DNA of 64,000 nt. Origin: an uncultured Phycisphaerales bacterium. GTDB taxonomy: Bacteria > Planctomycetota > Phycisphaerae > Sedimentisphaerales > Anaerobacaceae. The translations under genes were made by a program, and so were the position numbers. The number at the start of each line of letters is the position of its first letter. The first letter of the stretch is position 1. Under the pieces are notes generated by a model. The model searched no databases. It saw only the letters and a program-made list of their open reading frames with translations, and had not been told where the DNA came from. The stretch spans positions 480,001-544,000 of the forward strand of contig CAVYYI010000001.1 in NCBI GenBank assembly GCA_963772725.1, read 5' to 3'. Below, piece after piece: positions 11,907 through 22,441 of the stretch.

Positions 11907-13181
11907 TTAATGGTTGTTTATTTTTTCTTTTCCGCCCATGTATGGCCGGAGGGCTTCGGGTATGGTAATCGAGCCATCAGCATTCTGATAAAGCTCGAGA
12001 ATCGGAATCAGTATTCGCGGGGAGGCGGCGACAGTGTTGTTGAGTGTATGGCAGAAAAGATTTTTCTTTGTCATCGGGTCTTTATACCGAAGATTCATTC
12101 GCCGTGCCTGGAACTCGTAGAATCTGCTCGCACTGTGGGTCTCGCAGTAATTTTTTCGCGAAGGCATCCACGCCTCGATATCGAATTTCTGTACCTGTCC
12201 GCTGCCGAGATCGCCCGTGCAGACGTTCACAACACGGTAGGGCAGTTCCAGAGCCTGCATAAGGCCTTCTGAATTGGCCAGAATTTCCGCGTGAAATTTT
12301 TTGCTCGCCTCAATACTGTTTTCACAGATGATTACCTGCTCAACCTTATCGAATTGGTGAATTCGATAGAGGCCGTAAGTATCTTTGCCTGCCGCGCCTG
12401 CTTCTCGTCTAAAACAGCTTGATAACGCCACAAATTTGGTCGGCAGTTGCTTTTCGTTAAGCACTTCACCTGAATAATAGGCCGTCAGCGGCACTTCGGC
12501 CGTCCCGACGAGATTCAGGTCGTCGCGTTCCATCTGATAGGTCTGCTCCTCCGAACCGGGGAAATAACCCGTGCCTCGCATCGCCTCATTTTTCATCAGC
12601 AGCGGCACACACATCGGCTTATACCCTTTCGCAACCATATAATCTATCGCGAGCCGCAGTACTGCCCAGTGCAGCATCGCACCATCGCCTTTAAGAAAAT
12701 AGTTTCTTGACCCCGCCAATTTAACACCGCGTTCGATATCAATAATATCCAATGCTGTTCCAAGCTGAACGTGGTCTTTAGGCTCAAAATCGAATTTCCG
12801 CACTTGGCCTTCTCTCCGGAGTTCCACATTCTGCGTGTCATCCTCACCCAAAGGCACTTCGTCGCCGGGAGGCTGGGGCACGAAAAGCATTAACTGGTCG
12901 AATTCCGGCTGAAGCTTTTTAATCTGCTCCTCAAGTTCAGCCTCATCTTTTTTTAACTCCGAAAGATTGCCGAGTGCGGATTGTTTTTCCGCATCCGCCA
13001 GCCTGGGAATAGACTTTCCAAGTTTGTTCTTTTCGGTAGTAATATCCTGAAGACGGTTTTTGGCTGTTTTAAGTATCGAATCCACTTCAAGCAGGCGGTC
13101 AATATCTACATCGAATCTTTTTGCCTTGGCGGCATCTTTGAACCTCTGCGGGTTTTCGCGTATTTCCTTAATGTCTATCAT
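11907..13181 (-). CDS. serS: Serine-tRNA ligase
   Basis: GTAEVP, CFRREAG, YRIHQFDKVE, HTLNNT. Confidence 0.97.
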   Translation of the reverse strand: MIDIKEIRENPQRFKDAAKAKRFDVDIDRLLEVDSILKTAKNRLQDITTEKNKLGKSIPRLADAEKQSALGNLSELKKDEAELEEQIKKLQPEFDQLMLFVPQPPGDEVPLGEDDTQNVELRREGQVRKFDFEPKDHVQLGTALDIIDIERGVKLAGSRNYFLKGDGAMLHWAVLRLAIDYMVAKGYKPMCVPLLMKNEAMRGTGYFPGSEEQTYQMERDDLNLVGTAEVPLTAYYSGEVLNEKQLPTKFVALSSCFRREAGAAGKDTYGLYRIHQFDKVEQVIICENSIEASKKFHAEILANSEGLMQALELPYRVVNVCTGDLGSGQVQKFDIEAWMPSRKNYCETHSASRFYEFQARRMNLRYKDPMTKKNLFCHTLNNTVAASPRILIPILELYQNADGSITIPEALRPYMGGKEKINNH

Positions 13182-13182
13182 A

Positions 13183-14504
13183 TTAGTCCCGATACCTCTT
13201 GATAATTACCACATTATTTTGTCCGCCGAAACCGAACGATTCCTTCATCACGACATCGAGCTGGGTTTTTCTCGGTTTGTTCGGCACATAGTCAAGGTCG
13301 AGTTCCGGGTCTGGGTCATTGAGATTCATCGTTGGCGGAATGGTATTTTCACGAATCGCCAGAACACTCGAAATAAGTTCCGCCGCTCCCGTTGCCCCGA
13401 TCAAATGTCCCATCATGCTTTTAATGCTGCTTGCTGGCGTATTTTTGGCCTGTTCCTTGAATACCCCCTTTATCGCCTTTGTCTCAATCGAATCGTTTTC
13501 CGCTGTGCTTGTGCCGTGCGTATTGATATAGTCGACATCTTTATAGCTTATGCCCGCATCCTCAAGAGCGGCATTCATCGCCTGTAGCGCGCCGCGGCCG
13601 TCTTCGTGCATATCGGTAACTCTGAACGCGTCCGAGCTGCTGCCATAGCCGATAACTTCCGCAAGAATTTTAACGCCTCTTTTTTTCGCCGACTTAGCGA
13701 TTCGAGAACCAATACCGCCGCGCCTTCGCCGATGACAAAACCATCTCTGCTTGCGGTAAAAGGTCGCGACGCCGTTTGAGGGCTGTCATTTCTTGTCGAA
13801 AGGGCGGTAAGTCGATTAAAGCCGGTAATTCCCAGTGGATGAATCATCGAATGAGCCCCGCCGGAAATCATCACATCGGCATCGCCGCTTCGGATCATCA
13901 TCATCGCTTCGCCAATCGCCTGCGTACTTGCCGCACACGCCGTCAGACAATTTCGCGTCGGACCACGCGCCCCCGTCAGCATCGTTATATGGGCAGGCGT
14001 CATCGCCGGTTCCTGCTCTATCTCGAACATCGGCGTCATCCTGCCAAAAAGTACCTCCGCCAGTTTGCCCCAGTTCATCGTATTATCAGCGGGACTCCAG
14101 CCGTTAATTATCGAATCGAAAAATATCCCGTCATCGACAGGCCCTTCCCCCGCGCCGAGATAAACACCCATTCTTGTGCGGTCTATTCCGTCTTTGGGTG
14201 CTTGCGTCTCAATATCAATCTTCGCCTGTTTGCATGCCTGCACCGCTGCCCCGACCGCAAACGCTGCCCCGCGATTGCAATATTTATGCAAATGAGGATT
14301 CTTCGTATATTTCGTCAGGTCGTAATTCTTCACCTCCGCACAGAATTTCGAAGGGAATGTTGACGCGTCGAAAACAGTCGTTTCCGCCATTCCGCTTTTG
14401 CCCGTCATCAATGCCTGCCAAAAATCCTCAACATCATGTGCCAGCGGACATATTATTCCCACCCCTGTAATTACAACTCTATTTTTTTCCTGAATCATAT
14501 TCAT
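13183..14504 (-). CDS. Beta-ketoacyl-ACP synthase (FabF-like, Cys-His-His intact), frameshifted near 13695
   Basis: TACAAST and DGFVIGEGA. After a one-base correction it reads AKKRGVKILAEVIGYG...THGTST...GHLIGA...SFGFGGQN. Confidence 0.88.
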
Positions 14505-15811
14505 TCGATATTCTTTAACACTAACGCCGCTGTCTGGCCGCAATAACTATACCCACAGCATAACGCGTAACGTATTTTTTTCTTCAAAGGCTCTTTCACG
14601 ATATTGAGGTTACAGCCTTCGGCAGGGCGGCTGAAATTTTTCGCCGCAGGTACAAATCCCTCTTTCATCGCATAAGCCGCTGCGATAAAATCAATCGCGC
14701 CGCTCGCCGCACCCGTATTGCTCACCATACTTTTAATAGGCCAGACCGGAATTTTTCTCGCGGCTTGCCCAAGTGCAGCTTCAATTGCCCTTGCCTCCGC
14801 GATATCGTCTCCCGCAACCGCCGTCCCATGCGGAATAATCAAATCCAGCTCTTCCGCCCGAATCACAGCATCCGCCATCGCCTTCTCGATCGCTATCCGG
14901 ATACCTTTGCCGTCCGCTTCCATCTTCTCGTAAGCAGCATTAATATTATTACTCTGTCCTATGCCGACTACCTCTGCGTAAATTTTTGCTCCGCGTTTTT
15001 GAGCATTATCAAGACTTTCAAGAACGACAATTCCCGCACCCTCACCGAAAACCCCGCCTTTGGCCTCTGCATCAAATGGCCGACACGCACTTTCAGCATT
15101 ATCCTCAATTAGGGTCATTCTTTTTAACAAGTACTGCCGAATCATTATTATCGGATTGACCTTCGCCTCAGCCCCGCCCGCCAAAGCGACATCCGCATTC
15201 CCTCTCGCGATAATCTGCACCGCTTCACCAATTGCCAAATGCGCCGACGTCTCCGCGCACGTAATAGTATTGCTCGGCCCCTGAATATCATGAATAATCC
15301 CGATATGGCACGCCAGCATGTTCGGCAGATATTTCAGCATCCACAAGGGGGTTATCTGCTCTATACCTTCAACTCCCCATTTAAGTATATCAAATTTCCC
15401 ATCCACCGTACTTTTCGCCACAGCAGGGGATATCTCAATCAAATCGCAGCTTATCAAACTCGCTCCGATATTTATCGCCATCCTCGTAGGCTCAACATTG
15501 ACTTTTTCCGGGTCGATTGCCTTTGTCACAAGCCCGCTGTTTAATACCGCGTCATTCGCCGCAATTATCGATAGTTCGATATCACGCGACATCAGCTTGG
15601 CCGATTTACGCAGCGATTTGGGAATATGGTCCTGAATTCTATACGCAGGCACTTCGCCTGCCAGTTTAAACGCAAAACCTGATGGGTCAAACGCCTTAAT
15701 TCTCCCGATTCCGCACCTGCCCGCGCAAAGACCGCTCCATAACTCGGCGGCACTTAGCCCAAGCGACGTCACCGCACCAAGACCCGTTACTACCACTCGC
15801 CTTGAACTCAT
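14501..15811 (-). CDS. Beta-ketoacyl-ACP synthase family protein (second His replaced by Asn)
   Basis: RVVVTGLG, TCAETS, GEGAG, PHGTA, and KSMVSNTG instead of KS..GH. Confidence 0.85.
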   Translation of the reverse strand: MSSRRVVVTGLGAVTSLGLSAAELWSGLCAGRCGIGRIKAFDPSGFAFKLAGEVPAYRIQDHIPKSLRKSAKLMSRDIELSIIAANDAVLNSGLVTKAIDPEKVNVEPTRMAINIGASLISCDLIEISPAVAKSTVDGKFDILKWGVEGIEQITPLWMLKYLPNMLACHIGIIHDIQGPSNTITCAETSAHLAIGEAVQIIARGNADVALAGGAEAKVNPIIMIRQYLLKRMTLIEDNAESACRPFDAEAKGGVFGEGAGIVVLESLDNAQKRGAKIYAEVVGIGQSNNINAAYEKMEADGKGIRIAIEKAMADAVIRAEELDLIIPHGTAVAGDDIAEARAIEAALGQAARKIPVWPIKSMVSNTGAASGAIDFIAAAYAMKEGFVPAAKNFSRPAEGCNLNIVKEPLKKKIRYALCCGYSYCGQTAALVLKNIE

Positions 15812-16287
15812 CTGCTTTGCTCCGAAGCTGTCACCCCCTGCAAAAGCGACTTGAATGTATCAGTAAACACAAAATTTTCCTCCGGAAATTCCTTGCCCGC
15901 GAGGTTCTGGTCTATATGGCTGAACATTAAATCTATCTCGGCGATGGTTTTATCTTCACGCGTAATCTTCCCCATAGTGCTCGCGGCCTCGTCAGTTATC
16001 GACTCGATTTTCGCCTCCAGCTTTATCGTGTCGCCCGGCTTTACAAAATCAAAGAATACAGCCTTTTTGATTTTCGCCAGGATTACCTTTTCCTCGAACT
16101 TTTTCGCTTCGCCCACGAGTATCCCCGCTGTCTGCGCCATCGCCTCAATCATCAGACATTCCGGCATAACCGGAAAGCCCGGAAAATGGTCGTGCAGATG
16201 CTCCTCAGCCAGCGTAACGTTCTTCAACGCCACCGCACGCTGCCCGCTTTGGAACTCAATAAACTTATCTATCCATATCCAACGCAT
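15808..16287 (-). CDS. FabZ-family 3-hydroxyacyl-ACP dehydratase
   Basis: DHFPGFPVMP...IEAMAQ and VKPGD hot-dog fold motifs. Confidence 0.88.
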   Translation of the reverse strand: MRWIWIDKFIEFQSGQRAVALKNVTLAEEHLHDHFPGFPVMPECLMIEAMAQTAGILVGEAKKFEEKVILAKIKKAVFFDFVKPGDTIKLEAKIESITDEAASTMGKITREDKTIAEIDLMFSHIDQNLAGKEFPEENFVFTDTFKSLLQGVTASEQSR

Positions 16288-16324
16288 TTACTGTCCCTGT
16301 ACGCTACCCGCCGCACGTTATACG

Positions 16325-16714
16325 CTATTTCACCTTCTGCTCTACGAAATTCACTATGGAATTTACCGTGAACAGGTTGCCCAGCTTGTTAATGTCAGGG
16401 TCTTTTTCAAATGAACTCATGTCCGTATGAGCCATCTTGCTTTTCAGTTCAGCCAGTCCCTTCGCTGTCAGTTTGCCATTGCTGACAAATTCCGGATTGG
16501 TCAGCATTGCCTCGATGGGGAACAGCTCTTCACGCGATATTTTTATCGCGAACGACTTTTCCAGCCGAAAAACTATATCCAGAAAATCAATGCTCTCAGC
16601 CCCTAAATCTCCCATCAGGGTCGCATCTGCCTTGATTTCATCGTCATCGACGCCCAATGCATCAACCAGCACCGCCTGAACTTTTTGAAAAATCTCATCC
16701 CGACTAATTGCCAT
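16325..16714 (-). CDS. Acyl carrier protein with internal insertion (129 aa)
   Basis: DLGAESIDFLDIVFRLEK phosphopantetheine site, with ~45 extra residues before FTVNSIVNFV. Confidence 0.85.
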   Translation of the reverse strand: MAISRDEIFQKVQAVLVDALGVDDDEIKADATLMGDLGAESIDFLDIVFRLEKSFAIKISREELFPIEAMLTNPEFVSNGKLTAKGLAELKSKMAHTDMSSFEKDPDINKLGNLFTVNSIVNFVEQKVK

Positions 16715-16801
16715 TGTTTTTGTCTCCAGTATTTCTAATCCGTTAGTTTTTTACCTAATTCTTATTCTGTTTACTGTATTCTGTGTTCTGTATTCTTTCT
16801 T

Positions 16802-17284
16802 TTAATACTTTTTCAGCAGCTTCCATCGCAGCCGCATATTTTCAATTACCTGTCCATCGACCGCCGCCATTGCCGGATTCTTCTCCGCGAGATTAAAATG
16901 TCTCAGGACGATTCTCGCTTCCACTATCGGCTGGCCGCCTGATATGCCAATACCCGTAAAGCTGCTTACGCTTTCTTCGATGGTTTTGGCCTGAACAGTA
17001 TATTCTATTTGCATCCCGGGTGCCAAAAAACTTTTATATTTTACGTTTTTCGCCTCTTCGAGCAATACCATACTATGAATAATGCCGCCTCGCTGATGCT
17101 CGGTTTCACGAACCAGCCACGAGGCCGATTCGATTATCCCCTGCAGCAGCAATACTCCCGGCAGCACCGGAAACGCAGGGAAATGGTCCGCTAAGTATTC
17201 CTCCGCCAGAGAAACACTTTTCACAGACTTTATCTCTTTGCCTGCTTCGAGCGAAACAACTTTATCTATCAATATAAATCTCAT
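16802..17284 (-). CDS. Second FabZ/FabA-like dehydratase
   Basis: ADHFPAFPVLPGVLLLQG, with Gln at the catalytic Glu position. Confidence 0.8.
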   Translation of the reverse strand: MRFILIDKVVSLEAGKEIKSVKSVSLAEEYLADHFPAFPVLPGVLLLQGIIESASWLVRETEHQRGGIIHSMVLLEEAKNVKYKSFLAPGMQIEYTVQAKTIEESVSSFTGIGISGGQPIVEARIVLRHFNLAEKNPAMAAVDGQVIENMRLRWKLLKKY

Positions 17285-17540
17285 ATAGGCCGTTTGCTAT
17301 TAACTAAAACTGTAAAAATGGTTAACGACTCGGGTTAATGTCACAAAAATAGGCGCAATTGTCAAGAAAAAATAGTTGTTGTTAGCCAGGCGTAATGGTG
17401 GTATAATGATTTCAAATATAATTAACTGGAATGGTTTGTCAAAGCTGCAGGTTACAGCAAAACCAAAAGGCGGTAAAAGCCGCTTTAATACTTGCCTGTA
17501 TTATCATTTCTCTTAATCATAAAATTTTAGAGAGCCAATT

Positions 17541-18635
17541 ATGCAATCGTATAGTATGCCTGTCCTCAGAATAGGGAATTTGGAAATCAATCCGCCGATA
17601 ATACAGGGCGGGATGGGCGTAAGAGTCTCCGGAGCCAATCTCGCGGCAGCGGCGGCAAATGCCGGCTGCGCGGGTGTTATCGCCAGCGCCGGCCTGGGTG
17701 AGTTTGAAAATTCGCCAGGCTGTGAGTTTGAGAGGTTGAATAAAGAAGCGTTAAGAAGTGAAATCAGAAAAGCAAAAAGTCTGACGACCGGAATAATCGG
17801 TGTGAACATAATGGGCGCACTTACGGATTATGATAATCTCGTGAAAGTCGCGGTAGATGAAAATGTTGACTTGATAATATCCGGCGCGGGACTGCCGCTG
17901 ACATTGCCGAAATTTCTGAACGGTAAGGACATTAAATTAATTCCAGTTGTTTCGTCGGCCAGGACTTTTAAAATTATCTGTAAAAGATGGAAGAGTCACT
18001 TTAATAAACTGCCTGACGCGGTAATCGTCGAAGGGGTGATGGCAGGCGGCCATTTGGGCTACTCTTATGAGGACGCGGCGGATAATACGGCGCCCAAGCT
18101 TGAGGAAATAATCAGAGAAGTGCTTGAAATAGCTAATTCTTTTGAGCCGCATATACCTGTTATCGCCGCCGGTGGAATTTTTGACGGAAAAGATATCGCG
18201 TATTTTCTCAAATTGGGGGCAAACGGTGTGCAAATGGCGACCCGGTTTGTCTGTACGGATGAATGCGACGCTCATATCAACTTCAAGCAGGCGTATTTGA
18301 ACGCCGGCGCCGAGGATATAACCATCATAAAAAGCCCGGTGGGTCTGCCGGGAAGGGTAATAAACAGCAGCTTTGTGGAAAAAATCAAAGCGGGCAAAAC
18401 AATGCCGTTCAAGTGTAATTATAAATGCCTGAGGACTTGTGAGCCTAAGAAAGCGCCCTACTGCATAGCCAAGGTTCTTGCGATGGCGGCACAGGGAAAA
18501 TTAGAGGAATCATTCGCGTTTGCCGGTTCGAACGCTTATCGGTGCAATGAAATTGTGCCGGTAAAAGCGCTTGTTAAAAAGCTGGTCAGTGAATTGATGG
18601 CGGCACTTGCCGCTGAAGAGGTATGCCGCATATAA
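17541..18635 (+). CDS. Nitronate monooxygenase / FabK-FabX family flavoprotein
   Basis: PIIQGGMG, EGVMAGGH, IAAGGI, GVQMATRF, and a C-terminal Cys cluster CNYKCLRTC...YCI. Confidence 0.8.
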   Translation: MQSYSMPVLRIGNLEINPPIIQGGMGVRVSGANLAAAAANAGCAGVIASAGLGEFENSPGCEFERLNKEALRSEIRKAKSLTTGIIGVNIMGALTDYDNLVKVAVDENVDLIISGAGLPLTLPKFLNGKDIKLIPVVSSARTFKIICKRWKSHFNKLPDAVIVEGVMAGGHLGYSYEDAADNTAPKLEEIIREVLEIANSFEPHIPVIAAGGIFDGKDIAYFLKLGANGVQMATRFVCTDECDAHINFKQAYLNAGAEDITIIKSPVGLPGRVINSSFVEKIKAGKTMPFKCNYKCLRTCEPKKAPYCIAKVLAMAAQGKLEESFAFAGSNAYRCNEIVPVKALVKKLVSELMAALAAEEVCRI

Positions 18636-18674
18636 GGAATCAATTGCCATTTCCAATAAAATATGTTAACATTT

Positions 18675-18722
18675 GTCATTCCTGCGAAACTTGTCCTCGT
18701 GAAAACGGGGAGCAGGAATCCA
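18675..18722. repeat. REP-like palindrome (GTCATTCC...GGAATCCA family)
   Basis: gtcattcctgcgaaac...gcaggaatcca. A related copy, gtcattcccgcgaaagcgggaatcca, lies at ~20400-20425. Confidence 0.55.
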
Positions 18723-18781
18723 CGCTTTAAATCTGGATATCGTATTTGAACCAGTTTTAGTATTTTTTTAAGGATTATATA

Positions 18782-20035
18782 ATGCCATTTAAGGTATTCG
18801 GTCTTTCAGACCCGCTGGTGCGGGGAATTCTCGCGGCGGGCTATACGGCTCCAACGGAAATACAATCGGAGGTTATTCCCGCGGCGATTGAAGGTCAAGA
18901 TATTATCGGCTGCGCCCAGACGGGGACAGGTAAAACAGCGGCGTTTGTGCTTCCCATTTTGAACCGGCTCGGTCACGAGAGGGCGACGAAGAAAAGGGTA
19001 ATCAAATCGCTAATCATAACCCCGACGCGCGAGCTGGCAGTTCAAATCGACAATTCGATACACGGTTACGGCCGATACCTGAATTTGCGCACCCTGGCGA
19101 TTTACGGAGGTGTAAGCATGAAAGCCCAGTTAAACGCGCTTCACGATGGCATTGACATTGTTGTCGCGACACCGGGACGACTTATGGACCACATGCAGCG
19201 ACGTTCGGTTGACCTCAGGAATGTCGAAGTGCTGGTGCTCGATGAGGCTGACCGGATGCTGGATATGGGCTTTATTAACGACGTGAGAAAAATTATCGGG
19301 GTTCTGCCTAAGAACCGGCAAACTATGCTTTTTTCGGCGACAATATCTCCTGAGGTGAAAAACCTGGCGGGCGGGATAATGAAATCCGCGAAAATTATAC
19401 AAATCGGACAGCAGCAAAACCCTATCGATACTATTACGCAGCATATATACCCTGTTCAGAAGGAACAGAAAATGGACCTTCTGCTGCACATGCTCAAGGA
19501 CGGCGGGATGTACAGCGTACTGGTATTTTCGCGCACCAAGCACGGTGCGGATAAGATTAGCCAGCGTCTTGACAGGGCGGGAGTCCTGGCGGTATCGATA
19601 CATTCCGGGCGAACCCAGGGTCAGAGGCAGCGCGCGATGGAGGGCTTTAAGGCAGGGAAATACCAGGTGATGGTAGCGACGGATATCGCGGCGCGAGGCA
19701 TAGATGTCAAGGGTATTTCGCATGTCATTAATTTCGATGTGCCGGCCTACGCGGAAGATTATATTCATCGTATTGGGCGTACCGGCCGTGCCGAAGCCAG
19801 GGGCGACGCGATTACGTTTGTTTCGCGCAATGAGAATAAGCACCTTCGCAATATTGAAAGATTTATAGGCTGTAAATTTAAACCTGAAAGCTTTAAAGAT
19901 TTTACCTATTCTAAGCCAGACCAGGCTCAGGAGGATTTAATGAAGTACAAAATTAAAGCTTCACAGCCGGGCCAAAGCCAGAGAAAGAGCCATAGATTCG
20001 GCAGAAACAAAAGCCGCTGGGCCAGAGGCAGATAA
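18782..20035 (+). CDS. DEAD-box RNA helicase (RhlE-like)
   Basis: AQTGTGKT, PTRELA, TPGRL, DEAD, SAT, HRIGRTGR. Confidence 0.95.
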   Translation: MPFKVFGLSDPLVRGILAAGYTAPTEIQSEVIPAAIEGQDIIGCAQTGTGKTAAFVLPILNRLGHERATKKRVIKSLIITPTRELAVQIDNSIHGYGRYLNLRTLAIYGGVSMKAQLNALHDGIDIVVATPGRLMDHMQRRSVDLRNVEVLVLDEADRMLDMGFINDVRKIIGVLPKNRQTMLFSATISPEVKNLAGGIMKSAKIIQIGQQQNPIDTITQHIYPVQKEQKMDLLLHMLKDGGMYSVLVFSRTKHGADKISQRLDRAGVLAVSIHSGRTQGQRQRAMEGFKAGKYQVMVATDIAARGIDVKGISHVINFDVPAYAEDYIHRIGRTGRAEARGDAITFVSRNENKHLRNIERFIGCKFKPESFKDFTYSKPDQAQEDLMKYKIKASQPGQSQRKSHRFGRNKSRWARGR

Positions 20036-20039
20036 TTTA

Positions 20040-20630
20040 CCCGCATTCCCACCTCTCCACTTGGGAGAGGGCAGGGTGAGGGGCATGATTAAGCATGCTG
20101 GGATATGGTAGATGGTTCAGGGGATAGATGCCGCAATACGCAATACTCACGACGCACGACGATTTCCCCCCGCAATCCAAAATCAGAAATCTAAAATGGA
20201 AATGACGTAATACGCTTCACGAGATACGCACGACGAATTTGCCCGCAAGGTACAAAACTATTTTTAATCACCGATTCCACGGATTTGACTAATTTAATCA
20301 AAAATCTAAAATCCAAAACTTGTGGTGAGCATGTCGAACCATCCAAAATTATTACCCCCTCTACGCTGTACGCCGTCCGCTCCATGCTATTTCCCATTTG
20401 TCATTCCCGCGAAAGCGGGAATCCACCTTTTTTCTACTATCTACTGTATTCTGTCTTCTGTATTCTTTTTACAACTCAAAACTAATAATCCCCTCACCTG
20501 CTCTCCTGCTCAACTTTCTACCATGCCCCCCATTCGATACCCCTTCTATGATTCATTATTCATTTTCTTTGCCCCCCCCAATCAAAAACCTGTGGTTAAC
20601 TTGTCGAATCCATCGCAAATCTAAAATTGG
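20040..20630. repeat. Cluster of REP-like palindromes and heptamer tandem repeats
   Basis: ctctccacttgggagagggcagggtgaggg; tacgcaa/gacgcac runs; aaatcta/aaatcca runs; tgagcatgtcgaacc; ttctgta/ttctgtc runs. No credible ORF. Confidence 0.6.
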
Positions 20631-20772
20631 TATGGCCGCGAAAAGGCACACAAAAAGATCTTGTACTAATCGCGCGAATTTATATAATCTGCAAATATAA
20701 ATCGGGTATTGAACAAACAACGGGAATTTTTTATAACGCTAACACTTTCTGAAGACTATTAGAGGTTAATAA

Positions 20773-21054
20773 ATGAATAAAAAACAAATATTTGTGCTGT
20801 GGGTCTTAATTATTACAATAGCAATATTAATAGGGTTAAAAACAACAACCGTATATGAAATAACCGAGATATATAAACCGAATGGACCAGAGAATGGACA
20901 TACTGCCTTAATGCTTTATGGCATGTTAGTCCTAATGTCTGAAAATGCTGGGAAATTATATCCTTTACTGAATTTAGGAGACTATAAATATAATCTAATT
21001 GTCGTTACTGTAATGATTGGATTAGCTTTGCTTTACACTATAAAATCAAAATGA
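20773..21054 (+). CDS. Small hypothetical membrane protein
   Basis: 93 aa with hydrophobic N- and C-terminal segments, GAGGT RBS, AT-rich. Confidence 0.55.
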   Translation: MNKKQIFVLWVLIITIAILIGLKTTTVYEITEIYKPNGPENGHTALMLYGMLVLMSENAGKLYPLLNLGDYKYNLIVVTVMIGLALLYTIKSK

Positions 21055-21082
21055 AAACAAGAAATAAGGAAACCATGAACCC

Positions 21083-22012
21083 CTACCCATTGTCAAGACC
21101 AATTTTGTCCTTGTATTTGGTGTAAGTTGTGCCGATTTTCTCTGTGCCAGCCGATTCGCGTAGCGCAGCTCCAAAGCAAGCACAGCGAAGCGAATCGGCG
21201 GTCAGCTCCTTAAAATATACTTCCGCAGGTGTCTTATAATCCAAGCTTTTGTGCGGCCTGTCATTGTTGTAATAATCAAAATACCGCCTCAGCGATTTTA
21301 TCAAATCATGCCCATCGCTGTATTCCTTCAAATAGACCTCCTCATATTTGACCGTCCGCCATAATCGCTCCGTCAGTATGTTATCGAAACAACGACCCTT
21401 ACCGCTCATACTGATTCGAATATCGCCAGCCTTCAACGTATCCAAAAACTTTGTGCTGGTGTATTGTTTGCCCTGATCCGAATGAAATATCAGCGGCCGG
21501 GATTTTGACAACGCCTCATCCAGTGCATCTATACAAAACAGAGACTCCAGACTGTTCGATACAGACCAGCTTAATACATATCTGCTGTAGTAATCCATTA
21601 TCGCCACAAGGTACATAAAGCCGCCTTTGAGCCGAATGTACGTAATATCCGAACACCAGACAGCATCGGTAACATCTATCGCCATAGTATTCAAAAGGCA
21701 GGGATATTTGATATAAACAGCAGCAGGACAGCTTGTGCGGGGCCTGGGATATAAGGCCATTAAACCCATTTTACGCATAAGCCTGCGAACCCGCTTGTGA
21801 TTGACAATAAGCTTGTGCTTCCTGTATAAAAACTCTGCCATCCTGTCGATACCTGTAAAAGGATGCTCGGTAAACTCCCTGTCAATAAAGTCCATTACTT
21901 TACGATTTTCCTGCTCAATAGACTCTGCATGGTAATACAGCCTGCTGCGATTGATATCAAGCAGACAGCACTGCCGGCGGATACTGATTTGTCTATTGTT
22001 CTGTTCTACCAT
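21083..22012 (-). CDS. IS3 OrfB DDE transposase
   Basis: WCSDITYI, IFHSDQGKQY, DNILTERLWRTVKYE, YNNDRPH. Confidence 0.95.
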   Translation of the reverse strand: MVEQNNRQISIRRQCCLLDINRSRLYYHAESIEQENRKVMDFIDREFTEHPFTGIDRMAEFLYRKHKLIVNHKRVRRLMRKMGLMALYPRPRTSCPAAVYIKYPCLLNTMAIDVTDAVWCSDITYIRLKGGFMYLVAIMDYYSRYVLSWSVSNSLESLFCIDALDEALSKSRPLIFHSDQGKQYTSTKFLDTLKAGDIRISMSGKGRCFDNILTERLWRTVKYEEVYLKEYSDGHDLIKSLRRYFDYYNNDRPHKSLDYKTPAEVYFKELTADSLRCACFGAALRESAGTEKIGTTYTKYKDKIGLDNG

Positions 22013-22014
22013 TT

Positions 22015-22317
22015 CTACTCGTTGAGCAGTCCCAATTGACGCAACTTTTTTTTCAAAAAATCAATCTCGATAGCCTGCTGACCTATCTTCTGATGAAGCT
22101 TTTCCTCATCTACTGGCTGGCTCTGACGAACATCCTTGCCTCTGCCGTCTGCCATTGCCTCGGGCAGCTTCTCAAGGGCCAGCTTCTTCCACTGGCTGAC
22201 CTGGTTGGGATGAACCTCATACATAGAGGCTATCTCGTTGAGGGTCTTCTCACCCTTGATGGCTTCAATTGCAACTTTTGCCTTGAAATCTTTGCCAAAG
22301 TGTCTGTGTTGTGTCAT
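22015..22317 (-). CDS. IS3 OrfA (HTH)
   Basis: FKAKVAIEAIKGEKTLNEIA...VHPNQVSQWK. An A8G slippery run at ~22053-22045 leads into the -1 frame of orfB. Confidence 0.9.
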   Translation of the reverse strand: MTQHRHFGKDFKAKVAIEAIKGEKTLNEIASMYEVHPNQVSQWKKLALEKLPEAMADGRGKDVRQSQPVDEEKLHQKIGQQAIEIDFLKKKLRQLGLLNE

Positions 22318-22441
22318 AATTCGTACTTCCTTTCTCAATCCATAATCCGATAGAATTATACCACAACTTACACCTTATATACTGGTCCGATTTTGGGGGA
22401 GTATTATACCAATTTCTAATTCCGAGGGTACCACACTTATT

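Larger units (their letters stand above)
21076..22408 (-). mobile_element. Complete IS3-family insertion sequence (1333 bp)
   Basis: Imperfect 26-bp IRs (tgaacccctaccca...gacca / tataatactccccc...gacca), 3-bp target duplication CCA (21073-75, 22409-11), orfA and orfB. Confidence 0.88.

Noticed and set aside
13183..17284. Ladderane biosynthesis cluster
   Set aside because: No radical-SAM or desaturase-like genes and no anammox markers here. Only the FAS-II core is similar.
19130..19843. Long antisense ORFs (also 6185..6937, 8142..8771, 47758..48438 and others)
   Set aside because: They are shadows of well-supported genes on the opposite strand and have no motifs.
20040..20700. Possible CRISPR array or small ORFs
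   Set aside because: There are no constant repeats with unique spacers and no cas genes. The ORFs are translations of low-complexity repeats.
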